In this document: positions 15,253 to 24,523 of the stretch, piece after piece | Position numbering within the stretch: position 1 is the stretch's first letter | Layout: every line of letters starts with the position of its first letter | Origin: a bacterium | GTDB lineage: Bacteria > JADJOY01 | Assembly: GCA_046331705.1 (NCBI GenBank) | Contig: JAXLQJ010000011.1 | Coordinates: 117,425-181,424, forward strand | Direction: 5' to 3' | Length of the DNA stretch: 64,000 nucleotides | Position numbers and translations under genes: made by a program | The notes under the pieces: generated by a model | Told to the model about the DNA's origin: nothing | Database searches by the model: none | What the model saw: the letters and a program-made list of their open reading frames with translations, nothing else

Positions 15253-15570
15253 TCAAGCCTTGGGCTTCAAGAGCTCGGCGAGCACCGCGCGGAGCACTCC
15301 GCCTTCGTGGCCGGCCAGCTGGGTGAGCTCGCCGCGATCCAGCCAGACACCGCCGCACCAGCCGCATTGGTCGATGCGGACGCCGCGGAAGCTCGTGTCC
15401 GTGAGCTCGTTGCCGCACTTGGGGCAGTGCATCCAATGCGCGAGCCGCAACGATTCGGCCTGCTCCGCGGCGCGCGCGAGCGCTGCTTCGTCGGCCTGCG
15501 CCTTGATCTTCTCCTCCTCGATCTTGGCGAAGTAGTCCTGCTCTTCATGGCTCGGCTTTTTGGCTGTCAT
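15253..15570 (-). CDS. TFIIB-type zinc-ribbon protein (zf-TFIIB/PF13453-like)
   Basis: 'HCPKCGNEL..IDQCGWCGGVWLDRGEL', preceded by a charged coiled-coil-like N-terminus. Confidence 0.7.
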   Translation of the reverse strand: MTAKKPSHEEQDYFAKIEEEKIKAQADEAALARAAEQAESLRLAHWMHCPKCGNELTDTSFRGVRIDQCGWCGGVWLDRGELTQLAGHEGGVLRAVLAELLKPKA

Positions 15571-15637
15571 GGCGCGACCTCGAAACCTCCTGGGTGTCCT
15601 CGCGAAATCCTTCGGCTGGCGGGTCCGCTGCGACGGC

Positions 15638-16420
15638 TCAGCTCGGGTTCTCGTCCATGCCGATCATGGTCTTTCCGTAGACGTCCGGCATGCGCTTCAA
15701 CACGCGCTCCACGTATGCCTTGATGCGCTCGAGCACCTCGGGGTCGAGCTCGCGGAACTTGAGCCCGAGCCCCGGAAGCATCGCCGACTTGCGGTCCATG
15801 CGCGGTGCCTTGTACACGACCTCGCCGACCGCCTCGACGGCGTCGTTGATCTCGGGAAGCTTCACCTTCACCTGCACCGGGGTGCCGAGCATGTAGTTGG
15901 CGTCGGTGACGATGAAGACACCGCCCTCGCTGATGTCCTTGAGCATCGCGTCCCGCGGCTTGTCGTTGCCCGACCAGAACTCGACGGTGATCTCGGCGGG
16001 GGCGCGGGGATGGATGCGGCGGTTGGCGGTCACCTGCTGCGGGTGGAAGAAGCCGTTGAGCGCGAAGTGCACCTCGGTCTTCGAGGTTCGCACCTCGAAG
16101 AACCACTCCACGCCGTGACGCCGCAGGTTGGCCACGTAGGCCGCGTCCTCGTGGGCGTTGCGCAGCGCGATCACGTGGGGACGGGTCGGAGCGCCCTTGG
16201 GCGGCAAGGTCTTGAGCAGGGCTAGGGCGTCGACCTCGGGGCGGTGCGGATCGACCACCAGCACCGTGTTGTCCGCGCGAGCGCCTCGCAGGGCGTTGAG
16301 CGCGTCGACCTTCTTGGCCACCAGCACCGGCTCCCAGCCGGATTCCCGGACCAGATCCGTGATGGGGCCCTGAAAGTGCTCGTGCTCGCCGCAGAGGATC
16401 ACTCGTTGCTGTCCAGCCAT
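15638..16420 (-). CDS. PilZ-domain c-di-GMP receptor with an N-terminal degenerate receiver-like domain
   Basis: The ATG at 16420 is preceded by AAGGAG (6-nt spacer). PilZ motifs 'RRIHPR' (RxxxR) and 'DISEGG' (DxSxxG). The N-terminal 'RVILCGEHE..VLVVDPH' resembles REC but lacks the DD acidic pair. Confidence 0.8.
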   Translation of the reverse strand: MAGQQRVILCGEHEHFQGPITDLVRESGWEPVLVAKKVDALNALRGARADNTVLVVDPHRPEVDALALLKTLPPKGAPTRPHVIALRNAHEDAAYVANLRRHGVEWFFEVRTSKTEVHFALNGFFHPQQVTANRRIHPRAPAEITVEFWSGNDKPRDAMLKDISEGGVFIVTDANYMLGTPVQVKVKLPEINDAVEAVGEVVYKAPRMDRKSAMLPGLGLKFRELDPEVLERIKAYVERVLKRMPDVYGKTMIGMDENPS

Positions 16421-16609
16421 GCCTGCTCCTTCCCCCGCGTCGATCCGAAACCTCGGTCTAGCGTTCTTCGTGGTCGATGAAAAGCCCTCGCGAGCGCCAA
16501 GCAGGGCCTTCGAAGCGCACACGGGGCGGATTTCCGCCGTGCGTCGGGTGAGCCCACGGCGCCGCGCGCCCCGGCGGCGAGCCCGCCGCGCGGCCTGCGC
16601 TCGATGCCG

Positions 16610-17857
16610 TCATCCGCCGCTGGCCGCGCGGGGTTCCCGGTGTTCCGTCTCCGCCGGCCGCTCGTCCTGCGGCATGCGAGCACGGTTGAGGTGCCACTCG
16701 GTCCGGTCGGAGCGAAGCGGCGGCTGCGAGAAGCGCGCGCCCATCCGCAGGAACTCCTCCTCGGTGATCTCGAGGAACGCTTCGACCACGCGCGGGTCGA
16801 ACTGGCGCCCGGAAAACCGGAGGATCTCGCGACGCGCGACCTCGAGCGAGCGCCCCGCCCGGTAGGGCCGATCCGACGTGATGGCGTCGAAGGTGTCGGC
16901 CACGGCGAACAGGCGGGCACCGATCGGGATCTCCTCGCCCTTGAGGCCTTGCGGGTACCCCGTGCCGTCCCACTTCTCCTGGTGGCAGAGCACGATGTTC
17001 GACGCCTCGCGCAGGAACGAGATCCCCTCGATGGCCTTGTAGCCGATCACCGAGTGGGTCTCCATCACCATACGTTCTTCGGGCGTCAGCGGACCCGGCT
17101 TGAGCAGGATCGAATCCGGGATGCCGACCTTGCCGATGTCGTGGAGCAGGGCGCCGCGCCAGATGTCCACGAGCTGCTCCTCGGGCAGGCCGAGGCGCCG
17201 ACCGATCTCGACGGTGTACTCGGTGACGCGCTGCGAATGACCTTCGGTCTCGGTGTCCTTGAGCTCGAGCAGGGCCGAGATCGCCCGCAACGTCTCGTCG
17301 TACGCGAGCCGCAGGTCGACGTGCGCCTGCTGCAGGTCGCGGTGCGCCCGCCGGAGCTGGTCGGTGCGCTCGATGACCTTCTCTTCCAGCTGCTTCTGGT
17401 ACTGCTGGTTCTCGAGGATCAGGCCGCGCTTCTGCAGCGCGCGGCTCACCGCGATCAAGATCTCGTCGATCTGGAACGGCTTGATGATGTAGTCCTCGGC
17501 GCCGAACTTCAGGGCCTCCACGGCGGTTTCCACCGTGGCGTACCCCGTCATGACGATCGTCATGATGTTGCGGTCGAGGCGCGCGATGTGATGCAGGATC
17601 TCGATGCCGCCGACCGACGGCATCTTGAGGTCCGTGAGCACGAGATCGAACGGGACGGCGTTGATGCGCTGGATCGCGAGCGCGCCGCCGCCCGCGGTCT
17701 CGACCTCGTATCCCTCGCCGGCCAGCACTTCCTCGAGGAATTGCAGGATCACGCGCTCGTCGTCGACGACGAGGATGCGGGTGTGCGGACTCGGTCGCGC
17801 GCCGCGATCCGTCGCGGCGCGGTTCGCGCCATCGGCGGTGGACGGTTCCGGGCTCAC
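16610..17857 (-). CDS. Response regulator with HD-GYP c-di-GMP phosphodiesterase domain (RpfG-type)
   Basis: REC: 'ILVVDDE', 'DLVLTDLKMP', 'IVMTGY', 'DYIIKPF'. HD-GYP: 'LLHDIGKVGIP', 'HQEKWDGTGYPQGL'. There is no in-frame ATG before the REC domain, so the start is placed at the GTG at 17857 (GGAG 12 nt upstream). The start is uncertain. Confidence 0.85.
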   Translation of the reverse strand: MSPEPSTADGANRAATDRGARPSPHTRILVVDDERVILQFLEEVLAGEGYEVETAGGGALAIQRINAVPFDLVLTDLKMPSVGGIEILHHIARLDRNIMTIVMTGYATVETAVEALKFGAEDYIIKPFQIDEILIAVSRALQKRGLILENQQYQKQLEEKVIERTDQLRRAHRDLQQAHVDLRLAYDETLRAISALLELKDTETEGHSQRVTEYTVEIGRRLGLPEEQLVDIWRGALLHDIGKVGIPDSILLKPGPLTPEERMVMETHSVIGYKAIEGISFLREASNIVLCHQEKWDGTGYPQGLKGEEIPIGARLFAVADTFDAITSDRPYRAGRSLEVARREILRFSGRQFDPRVVEAFLEITEEEFLRMGARFSQPPLRSDRTEWHLNRARMPQDERPAETEHREPRAASGG

Positions 17858-17882
17858 GACGAGGGACGGCTCCGATGGGGGG

Positions 17883-18113
17883 TCAGTCGTCTTCGACCGA
17901 CGAGATCTGCAGTTGGGAGACGTCGAGCACGGGCATCTCGTCGGCGGATGCCGCTGTGGACACCGCGGCGATGCCGAGGTCCGCCGCGCTGAACGTCGGT
18001 AGCTCGGGCTGCGGCTGCCGCACTTGCGCCTTCGCGAAGCGTTTGCGCACGTCCTCGAAACCCAGGATGGCTTCCACCTGGTTGCGGTCGAGCTCGATTT
18101 TGACGCGTGCCAT
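17883..18113 (-). CDS. Small hypothetical protein (76 aa) with an acidic C-terminus
   Basis: ATG at 18113 with GGGAG upstream. 'MARVKIELDRNQVEAILGFEDVRKRF...SSVEDD'. It ends 25 nt before the HD-GYP regulator start. No family recognised. Confidence 0.5.
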   Translation of the reverse strand: MARVKIELDRNQVEAILGFEDVRKRFAKAQVRQPQPELPTFSAADLGIAAVSTAASADEMPVLDVSQLQISSVEDD

Positions 18114-18179
18114 GAGTGACGATAACTCCCGGGCAAGGCTACCCATTCCGCCCCAGGCGAGCAAGCACCTGGTTCCGAC

Positions 18180-19418
18180 TCAGGGGCCGATCACGCGCTC
18201 GTACACGTTTCCCAGGCGCGCGACCAGCGGTGGCCACAGGTGCTCGCGCTCGAAGTGGGCGCGAGCGCGGGCGCCGAGGCGCTCGCGCAGCTCGGCGTCC
18301 TCGAGCAAGCGCACCAGCCCGCGCGCGACGGCGTCGGGGTCGTGCGCGGGCACCAGGAAGGCGGTGTCGAGATGCGCCAAGCCCTTGGCCGAGGGCGCCG
18401 CGGCCACGATCGCCTTGCCGGCGGCCATGTAGTTGAGGAGCTTGATGGGAAAGCCGAATTGCATCGCGCTCAGGCTCACCGCCACGTCCGCGACCGCGAG
18501 CAGCTCGCGCAGCCGCTCGAAGTTGCCGTCGCGGATCGGGGTGATGGCGTCGGGCGGCAGACCCGCGGCGCGGCTGGCCTCGGCGACGGCCGGGTCGTGC
18601 GATGCCACCACCAGATGGGCATCGGGCCGAGCTTGACGCGCCTTCGCGAAAGCGCGCCACAGCGTCGGCAGGTTCTGGTAGCGGCACAGGTTGCCGGCGA
18701 AGACCACCTTCGGCCCAGGTGGCAGGCCGTAGCGCCGTTCCAGCGCGGAGCGCTCGAAAAGCTCGAAACGGGGGTAGTCGAGGCCCGGGGGTACCATCGC
18801 GACGCGCTCGCGGGCCACGCCGTTGGCGAGCAGCAGCTCCACCATCTCGTCGCTGACGGCGATGGCCGCGTCGGCGCGCCGCGGCACCGTGCGGTCGATC
18901 CACACACCCAGGCGCCGCGCGACGCGCCTGCCCGTCTCGCTCCCGAAGTAGGTCGGCAGCTCGTCCGCCATCCCGGTGTGGCCGTGGTAGACGACCGGCA
19001 CGCCGAGCGCCATGCGCACCAGGTACCCGGCGATGGCGGCCTCGAAGCTGTGGGCGTGGATCACGTCGATTCGATGGCGCTGCACCACGCGCCACAGCGT
19101 CGCCGTGAGCAACCCATCCACGAGCGGCTTCTGCCAGCTCGGCCCGGACGCGGTCTTGCGGTAGGTCGGGATCGCCGGGACGCGGTGCAGGCGATAGGCG
19201 CGCGAAGGGCGGGGGTCGGTCCCGAGGTGATAGGCGACCACGTGCACCTCGTGCCCCGCGACCCCCAGACGATGCGCCAGCTCGTCGATCAGGATCTGCG
19301 AGCCCTGCGGCCAGGCGAACGGGCACGCGGCCACGAGCACCACGCGCGGCTTGGGGCGCGGGTGCGAGCCGAGCGCGAGCCCGGAGTCGGGCTCCGCGCG
19401 GTACGGGGCGCAGCTCAT
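18180..19418 (-). CDS. Family 4 (GT-B) glycosyltransferase
   Basis: The ATG at 19418 overlaps the upstream stop (ATGA). 'RVVLVAACPF..GSQ', 'IDVIHAHSFEAA', 'VVFAGNL..YQN' and 'FGFPIKLLNYMAAGKAIVA' form a GT4/GT1-type E-x7-E region. Confidence 0.85.
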   Translation of the reverse strand: MSCAPYRAEPDSGLALGSHPRPKPRVVLVAACPFAWPQGSQILIDELAHRLGVAGHEVHVVAYHLGTDPRPSRAYRLHRVPAIPTYRKTASGPSWQKPLVDGLLTATLWRVVQRHRIDVIHAHSFEAAIAGYLVRMALGVPVVYHGHTGMADELPTYFGSETGRRVARRLGVWIDRTVPRRADAAIAVSDEMVELLLANGVARERVAMVPPGLDYPRFELFERSALERRYGLPPGPKVVFAGNLCRYQNLPTLWRAFAKARQARPDAHLVVASHDPAVAEASRAAGLPPDAITPIRDGNFERLRELLAVADVAVSLSAMQFGFPIKLLNYMAAGKAIVAAAPSAKGLAHLDTAFLVPAHDPDAVARGLVRLLEDAELRERLGARARAHFEREHLWPPLVARLGNVYERVIGP

Positions 19419-21105
19419 TCGAGGTACCCGAGAGCCCGCATGCGACGCTCGATCGCACGCGAGGCCGAGCGAGCGTACCACCCGCCTTCGCCGCGCGGCG
19501 CGAGGTCGCCGCGCGGTGCGAGCCGCGCAGGCGGGGCGACCACGCGTTCGAGCACGCGGCCATCGAGACCTTCGTCGACGCAGAGCCCCACCGCCGCGAG
19601 CAGCGTCGGCAGCACGTCCGCCGCCGCGGCGACGCCGATGTCGCCGGCGGCCGCGACCGCTGGGCCCGCGCACGCGAAGATCCCGTGCGCTCGGTGGACA
19701 CCGTCCATGCCGCGGCCCTTCGCGCCGAAACGCTGGCGCGGATCGATGGTCGCCACGGGCTCGGTCGCGGGGCCATCGGTGCGCAAGCACGAGACGCGAT
19801 GGCCGGCGAGGGTCGCCGGCTCGACGACGAGGTCGGCGCCGAAGCGCGCGAACGGCCCGTGGTCGACGTCTTCGCGCGGGATCACCCGCGCGATCACGGG
19901 CTCGCCGGTGACGGGGTCCCGAAGCGACAGCAAGCACGCCGCGGCGAGCTCCCGCACGCGCACGAACTCCGCGCCCGGCTCGACGATGCCGTCGGCGTCG
20001 CGGCCGCGTACGCAGATCCGCACGCCCGGCGCGTAGTCCACCTCGTCGGCGACGGCCGAGGTCCGGCTCCAGTCGATCGCGCCGAAGCGGCTCGCCGACT
20101 CGACGCGTGCCGCCGGCACCCCTCCCGCCCAGCGGAAGAGGCGCTCCTGGAGTGCCGCGGGCAGCGCGCCCAGCGCGAGCGCGCGCGCCGCGGCGAGCGG
20201 CTGCCGGCGGTCGCCGCCGCCTGGACGCCAGGCGAGCAAACCGGCGCGGGCGAGCGCTGCGTTGAGGTGCACCGCGACCGTGGCGCTGCCCTGGAAGCCG
20301 TGGTCCGAGACCACGGCGATGGTTGCATCGTCGCCGACCTGAGCCACGATCCGGCCCAGCCAGGCGTCGAGGGAGCGGTACACGCGCAGCACCGCGTCGC
20401 CCAGCTCGCGCGCGCCAGCGGGGTCGAAGCGCGGTGAGCTGCGATCGTGGAAGCGCCAGAAATGATGCGAGACGGTATCCGACTCGCCGAAGACGACCAC
20501 GATCAGGTCGGGCGTGTCTCCGCCGCGAGCTCGAGCACCAGCGCCGCCTTCTCGTGCAGGCCGACGAGGAGTCGCCCGAGTGCCTTCGCGTGCCATCCCG
20601 GACCCACGCGCAGCTCCTGCACGTCGGCGAACTTGAAACGTGCGAGCCGCGCACGCCGCGCCGCCCACAGCGATGGCGGGTGCACGAACGTCCGGTCGAT
20701 CCCCGTGGTGACCGGACCGTCGAAGCCGGACAGGAAGACTCCGCGCACGGCATCGGGTGGGTACGTGCCGGGCACGGCGACCACGAGCGAGTCGAGCCCG
20801 GCGCGGTCGAAGCGTTGCCACAGCATCTCGCCGCGCCGATCGCCGGCGTTCAGGAAGCGAATGGCGTGCTGACCCGGAACGGGTCGCGTGAAGTCGGTGA
20901 TGCCGTGCCGACCGGGCGAGAGCCCGCTGAGAATCGTGGTCCAGGCCGGAAACGTCGCGGGCGGTGTCGTGGACGCGAGCGCTCCCCACGCGCCGCGCTT
21001 CATGAGCCGCGCGAGGTGCGGAAGCTCGCCGGCGTCCGCCCAGCGAAACGCCAGGTCGGGGTCGGCGCCGTCCCATCCGACGACCACGAGGCGGGGGCGT
21101 TGCAT
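19415..21105 (-). pseudogene. Cytoplasmic type I phosphodiesterase/nucleotide pyrophosphatase (NPP, alkaline-phosphatase superfamily), split by a frameshift near 20515-20525
   Basis: The N-terminal half is ORF 20503..21198 (ATG 21105: 'RLVVVGWDGADPD', 'PPATFPAWTTILSGLSPGRHG'). The C-terminal half is in the frame of ORF 19415..21076 ('DLIVVVFGESDTVSHHFW', 'AVVSDHGF'). The junction reads '..LVLELAA|..DTPDLIVVV'. Metal and nucleophile motifs are intact. Confidence 0.6.
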
Positions 21106-21139
21106 CGTCGTTCGCGGGCGCCGCCCGCGCTCGCAGCGG

Positions 21140-24100
21140 CTATTGAGCGTACCCGAGAGCTCGCAGCCGATCGGCTTCCGTCGTGGAGAGCCCGCCATCG
21201 CTCGCCGAGGCAGCGGCGTTCTTCTGGGCGTCCTCGAGCTTCATCGACAGCAGATTGCCGAGCCTGGTGGCCTCCGCGGGCGGCTCGCCCGAGCGCAGCA
21301 GGTCCTTCTGCTCGCCGGGGTCGGCGCCGAGGTCGTAGAACTCGCGCGCGGCGAGCCCGCGCGGGTTGTCGGGATTGGCGACGATCAGCTTCGACGCTCC
21401 GGTGCGCAACGACTGCAGCACGTTGCCTTCGTGATCGTTGTCGGCCACCGCGACGCGATCGCCGTCCTCGCGCCCGAGGTCCACGCCCTGGAAGCCCGCG
21501 GGCGTGGGCACGCCTGCCCAGGCGAGCAGCGTCGGCGCGACGTCGACGGTGCGCACCACGTGCGGGTCGCGCGGTCCGCCGCCGAACGACGCTCCCGCCG
21601 GCGGCTTCACGATGAGCGGCACGTGCAGCACTTCCTCGTAGAGCGTCTGGCCGTGCCACCAGCCGCCGTGCTCCTGGAACTCCTCGCCGTGGTCGGCGGT
21701 GAGCACGATGCCGGTCGGCGAGCGCAGGCCCTTGCCGTTCAGCGCCTCCAGGAATCGTCCGATCTCGCCGTCGAGGTAACGGACCTCGCCCAGGTAGGTG
21801 CGGTGGTAGAGCTCGGCCTTCGCCGGGTCGGGATTGTCCTCGCTCACGCGAGCGTAGGCGACGCCGTTCCACGGATGGACGAAGAATGGATCGTGCGGGT
21901 CCATGTAGTGGACGACCAGGAAGAACGGCCCGCTCCCGCCGTTCGCGTCGAGCCAGCGGATCGCTTCGTCGGTGACGACCTCGGCGGGCTGGTAATAGTT
22001 GCGGACGTTCTTGCGGCTCGACAGGTACGACTCGTTCACCTTGCGCAGGATCTGGTAGAGGTTGAGCTCGCTCGAGAGCTCGCGCGCGCCGAACAGGAAA
22101 TCCGGCGCCAGGTACGTGAAGCGCTCGAAGCCGCGGTCGAACCCGTACTTCGCCGCGACGTTGAAGTTGTTGACGATGGCGCCCGTTCGGTACCCCGCTT
22201 CGGCGAGCAGCTCGGCCACGGTCGGGAAGCCCTCGCGCGGCAGCAGGCTGTTCTTCTCGCGCGCGGTGTGGGTGGTCGGGATCAAGCTCGTGAACAGCGA
22301 CGCGAACGACGGTCGGGTCCACGAGGCTTGCGAGCTCGAGTGCTCGAAGACGATGCCGTCGTTGGCGAGCGAGTCGATGTGCGGCGTGGGGTTGTCGGCG
22401 GCGCCGTACGCGCCGAGCGCATCGGCGCGCAGCGTGTCCACCACGATCAGGACCAGGTTCGGCGCCCCTTCCTTCGCCGCCGTGGATCCGATCTCGCGGC
22501 TCACGGTGGGGAAGCCGGGACGCGGGATCAGCACCAGCGCGAGGCCCGAGAGGACCAGCAGCGCGGGCGCCAGCACGCCGGCGACGCGGCCGGGCCGGCC
22601 GTCGGGATCGCGTCCGAACCATCGGCCGAGAACGCCCCCCGCGATCAGGGCCGCGACTCCCGCCACCGCCACCACCGCCAGCTGCACGGCGATGCCCTTG
22701 ACCGACATCACCTTGAGCGATTCGTGGAAGAGGTCGCGGAACACCCGGAAGCGCGTGAGCACGGTGCCGAGGGCGAAGATCACCGTTCCGGCGTGGAATC
22801 CGGCCGTGGCACGCCATTCGGAGATCTGCGCCAGCCACGGTGCGACCGCCGCGAGCCCGAGACCCGTGCCAGCGCCCATGGCGGTGCCGAGCAGGCCGTA
22901 ACCGAAGATCGCGTACGGGATCAGCGCCGTGTCGTGGGTCTCTCCCGAGGCGCCCCAGAGCACGTAGAGCGCCTCCAGGATGCCGACCAGCGCACCGCCG
23001 ATCGCGCCGCCAGCGAGGCCCGTGAGGATCAGACCGAGCGGCGGAGGTGGCGCGCTCGCGGGCGTCGCGGGCTCGGCCGCTGCGCGGCGCGTGGCCTCGT
23101 CGTCGCTAGCGCCGCCGCCCCACATGGCCGCCGAGGCCTCGGCGACGTCGGTGAGCTCGCGCCCGTCGACGCGCACGTAGGGCGGGCGGTAGCCGCTGCG
23201 CCGCGCCCACCACCAGAACACGCCGAAGAGCGTCAGCGCCTCCGCTGCCCAGAAGCCGAGCGCCGCGGAGATGATCGACTGGCTCACGCCCAGGTGCCGC
23301 GCCAGCACCAGCGCTTGCACGATCTCGCGGACACCCTCGCCCGCGATGGTGAAGGGACTGATGACGGTCGCGAAGATCTGGATGGTCGAGCCGAAGGTGA
23401 TCGCCCAGAACTCCGCGTGCTTCGCGCCCACGGCGAGGGCGGTGAGGTAGTACATCGCCGCGGTGGTGAAGTGGACCGCGAAGCTCAAGCCGAGCACGCC
23501 GACGAGGATGCCCTTCTTGTCGCGGTACGCGGCGGCGGCCCGGTTCACGCGCGAGATGAAGCCTTCGATCTTGCCGCGTCCCGGCAGCGGCACCCGGTCG
23601 AGGAAGTACTGGATCACCTGCGGGTAGAAGAGCACCGCGAGGAAGACCGCGATCGCGCCCACCGCCACCGGCACCGTCACGCCCACGATCTTTCCGGCGT
23701 GATCGCCGAGGATGTGGTAGCCGAACGGCAGCGCGACGAGGAACGTGAGGAAGATGCCGATGACGCCGAAGACCTTCTCGATGGCCGTCGCGGCGGTCGC
23801 CTCGATGCCGCGGCGCGAGTAGAAGGCCGCGTCCCAGAGCTTGTAGCCGTCGAGCCCGATGGTCGATGGCAGGAACGTTCCGAGGAACCGACCGACCAGG
23901 AAGGTCCCGAACAGGTGGCGCCAGAACGGGAACTCGATGCCCTGGCCGAGGAGCAGCAGGTGCCAGCGATACATGCTCGCCAGCACGCCGACCATCTTGA
24001 GCGCCGCCGCCAGCCCACAGAAGAGCGCGAAGGTGCCGATCGAGATGTTCGGCAGGTACTCGCGGATCGCCTGGAACGTGGTGACGCTCGCGATCGGCGC

Positions 24101-24445
24101 CAGACGGCCGGTGCGCCCGTCGGCGAGCTCCACCGAGGCCGCCTCGGGCAACCTCACCGCCGTCTGACCGATCAGCACGGTGCGCGCGTCGCTCACCTTG
24201 CCGGCGCCGCGTCCCGGGACGGTGAGCGTCTCGCCGCTCAGCACCTCGACCTTGCCGCCGCCATGGACGTTGACGGTGATCCGGTCGCGGACGGGGATCT
24301 GGTGGGCGAAGAGCAGATAGAACGCGCCAACCGTGACGACGATCTTGAACGAGACCGTGATCGTGGAGCGCAGCCCCGAGGGCAGCCATTGCCAAGCGGC
24401 GCGTAGCGCGCCCCACAGGGTTCGCTGGGCTTCGAGTCGTGGCAT
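21140..24445 (-). CDS. Polytopic fusion protein: flippase-like UPF0104/LPG-synthase-TM domain + second TM block + C-terminal sulfatase-fold (AlkP superfamily) domain
   Basis: N-terminus: 'MYRWHLLL..FLVGRFLGTFLPSTIGLDGYKLWD' (UPF0104/MprF-flippase-like signature), about aa 1-415. TM block at aa 468-645. 'LVLIVVDTLRADALG', 'SWTRPSFASLFTS' and 'LTADHGEEFQEHGG' form the sulfatase fold, about aa 661-1045. ATG at 24445 with GGGAGAA upstream. Confidence 0.85.
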   Translation of the reverse strand: MPRLEAQRTLWGALRAAWQWLPSGLRSTITVSFKIVVTVGAFYLLFAHQIPVRDRITVNVHGGGKVEVLSGETLTVPGRGAGKVSDARTVLIGQTAVRLPEAASVELADGRTGRLAPIASVTTFQAIREYLPNISIGTFALFCGLAAALKMVGVLASMYRWHLLLLGQGIEFPFWRHLFGTFLVGRFLGTFLPSTIGLDGYKLWDAAFYSRRGIEATAATAIEKVFGVIGIFLTFLVALPFGYHILGDHAGKIVGVTVPVAVGAIAVFLAVLFYPQVIQYFLDRVPLPGRGKIEGFISRVNRAAAAYRDKKGILVGVLGLSFAVHFTTAAMYYLTALAVGAKHAEFWAITFGSTIQIFATVISPFTIAGEGVREIVQALVLARHLGVSQSIISAALGFWAAEALTLFGVFWWWARRSGYRPPYVRVDGRELTDVAEASAAMWGGGASDDEATRRAAAEPATPASAPPPPLGLILTGLAGGAIGGALVGILEALYVLWGASGETHDTALIPYAIFGYGLLGTAMGAGTGLGLAAVAPWLAQISEWRATAGFHAGTVIFALGTVLTRFRVFRDLFHESLKVMSVKGIAVQLAVVAVAGVAALIAGGVLGRWFGRDPDGRPGRVAGVLAPALLVLSGLALVLIPRPGFPTVSREIGSTAAKEGAPNLVLIVVDTLRADALGAYGAADNPTPHIDSLANDGIVFEHSSSQASWTRPSFASLFTSLIPTTHTAREKNSLLPREGFPTVAELLAEAGYRTGAIVNNFNVAAKYGFDRGFERFTYLAPDFLFGARELSSELNLYQILRKVNESYLSSRKNVRNYYQPAEVVTDEAIRWLDANGGSGPFFLVVHYMDPHDPFFVHPWNGVAYARVSEDNPDPAKAELYHRTYLGEVRYLDGEIGRFLEALNGKGLRSPTGIVLTADHGEEFQEHGGWWHGQTLYEEVLHVPLIVKPPAGASFGGGPRDPHVVRTVDVAPTLLAWAGVPTPAGFQGVDLGREDGDRVAVADNDHEGNVLQSLRTGASKLIVANPDNPRGLAAREFYDLGADPGEQKDLLRSGEPPAEATRLGNLLSMKLEDAQKNAAASASDGGLSTTEADRLRALGYAQ

Positions 24446-24523
24446 CGGTCGATGTTCTCCCTGCGTGCGGCGCGCCGGGCTCGGCGGCGGGAAGGGCGGC
24501 GGCGCCGCCGGCCCGCCGGGCGC

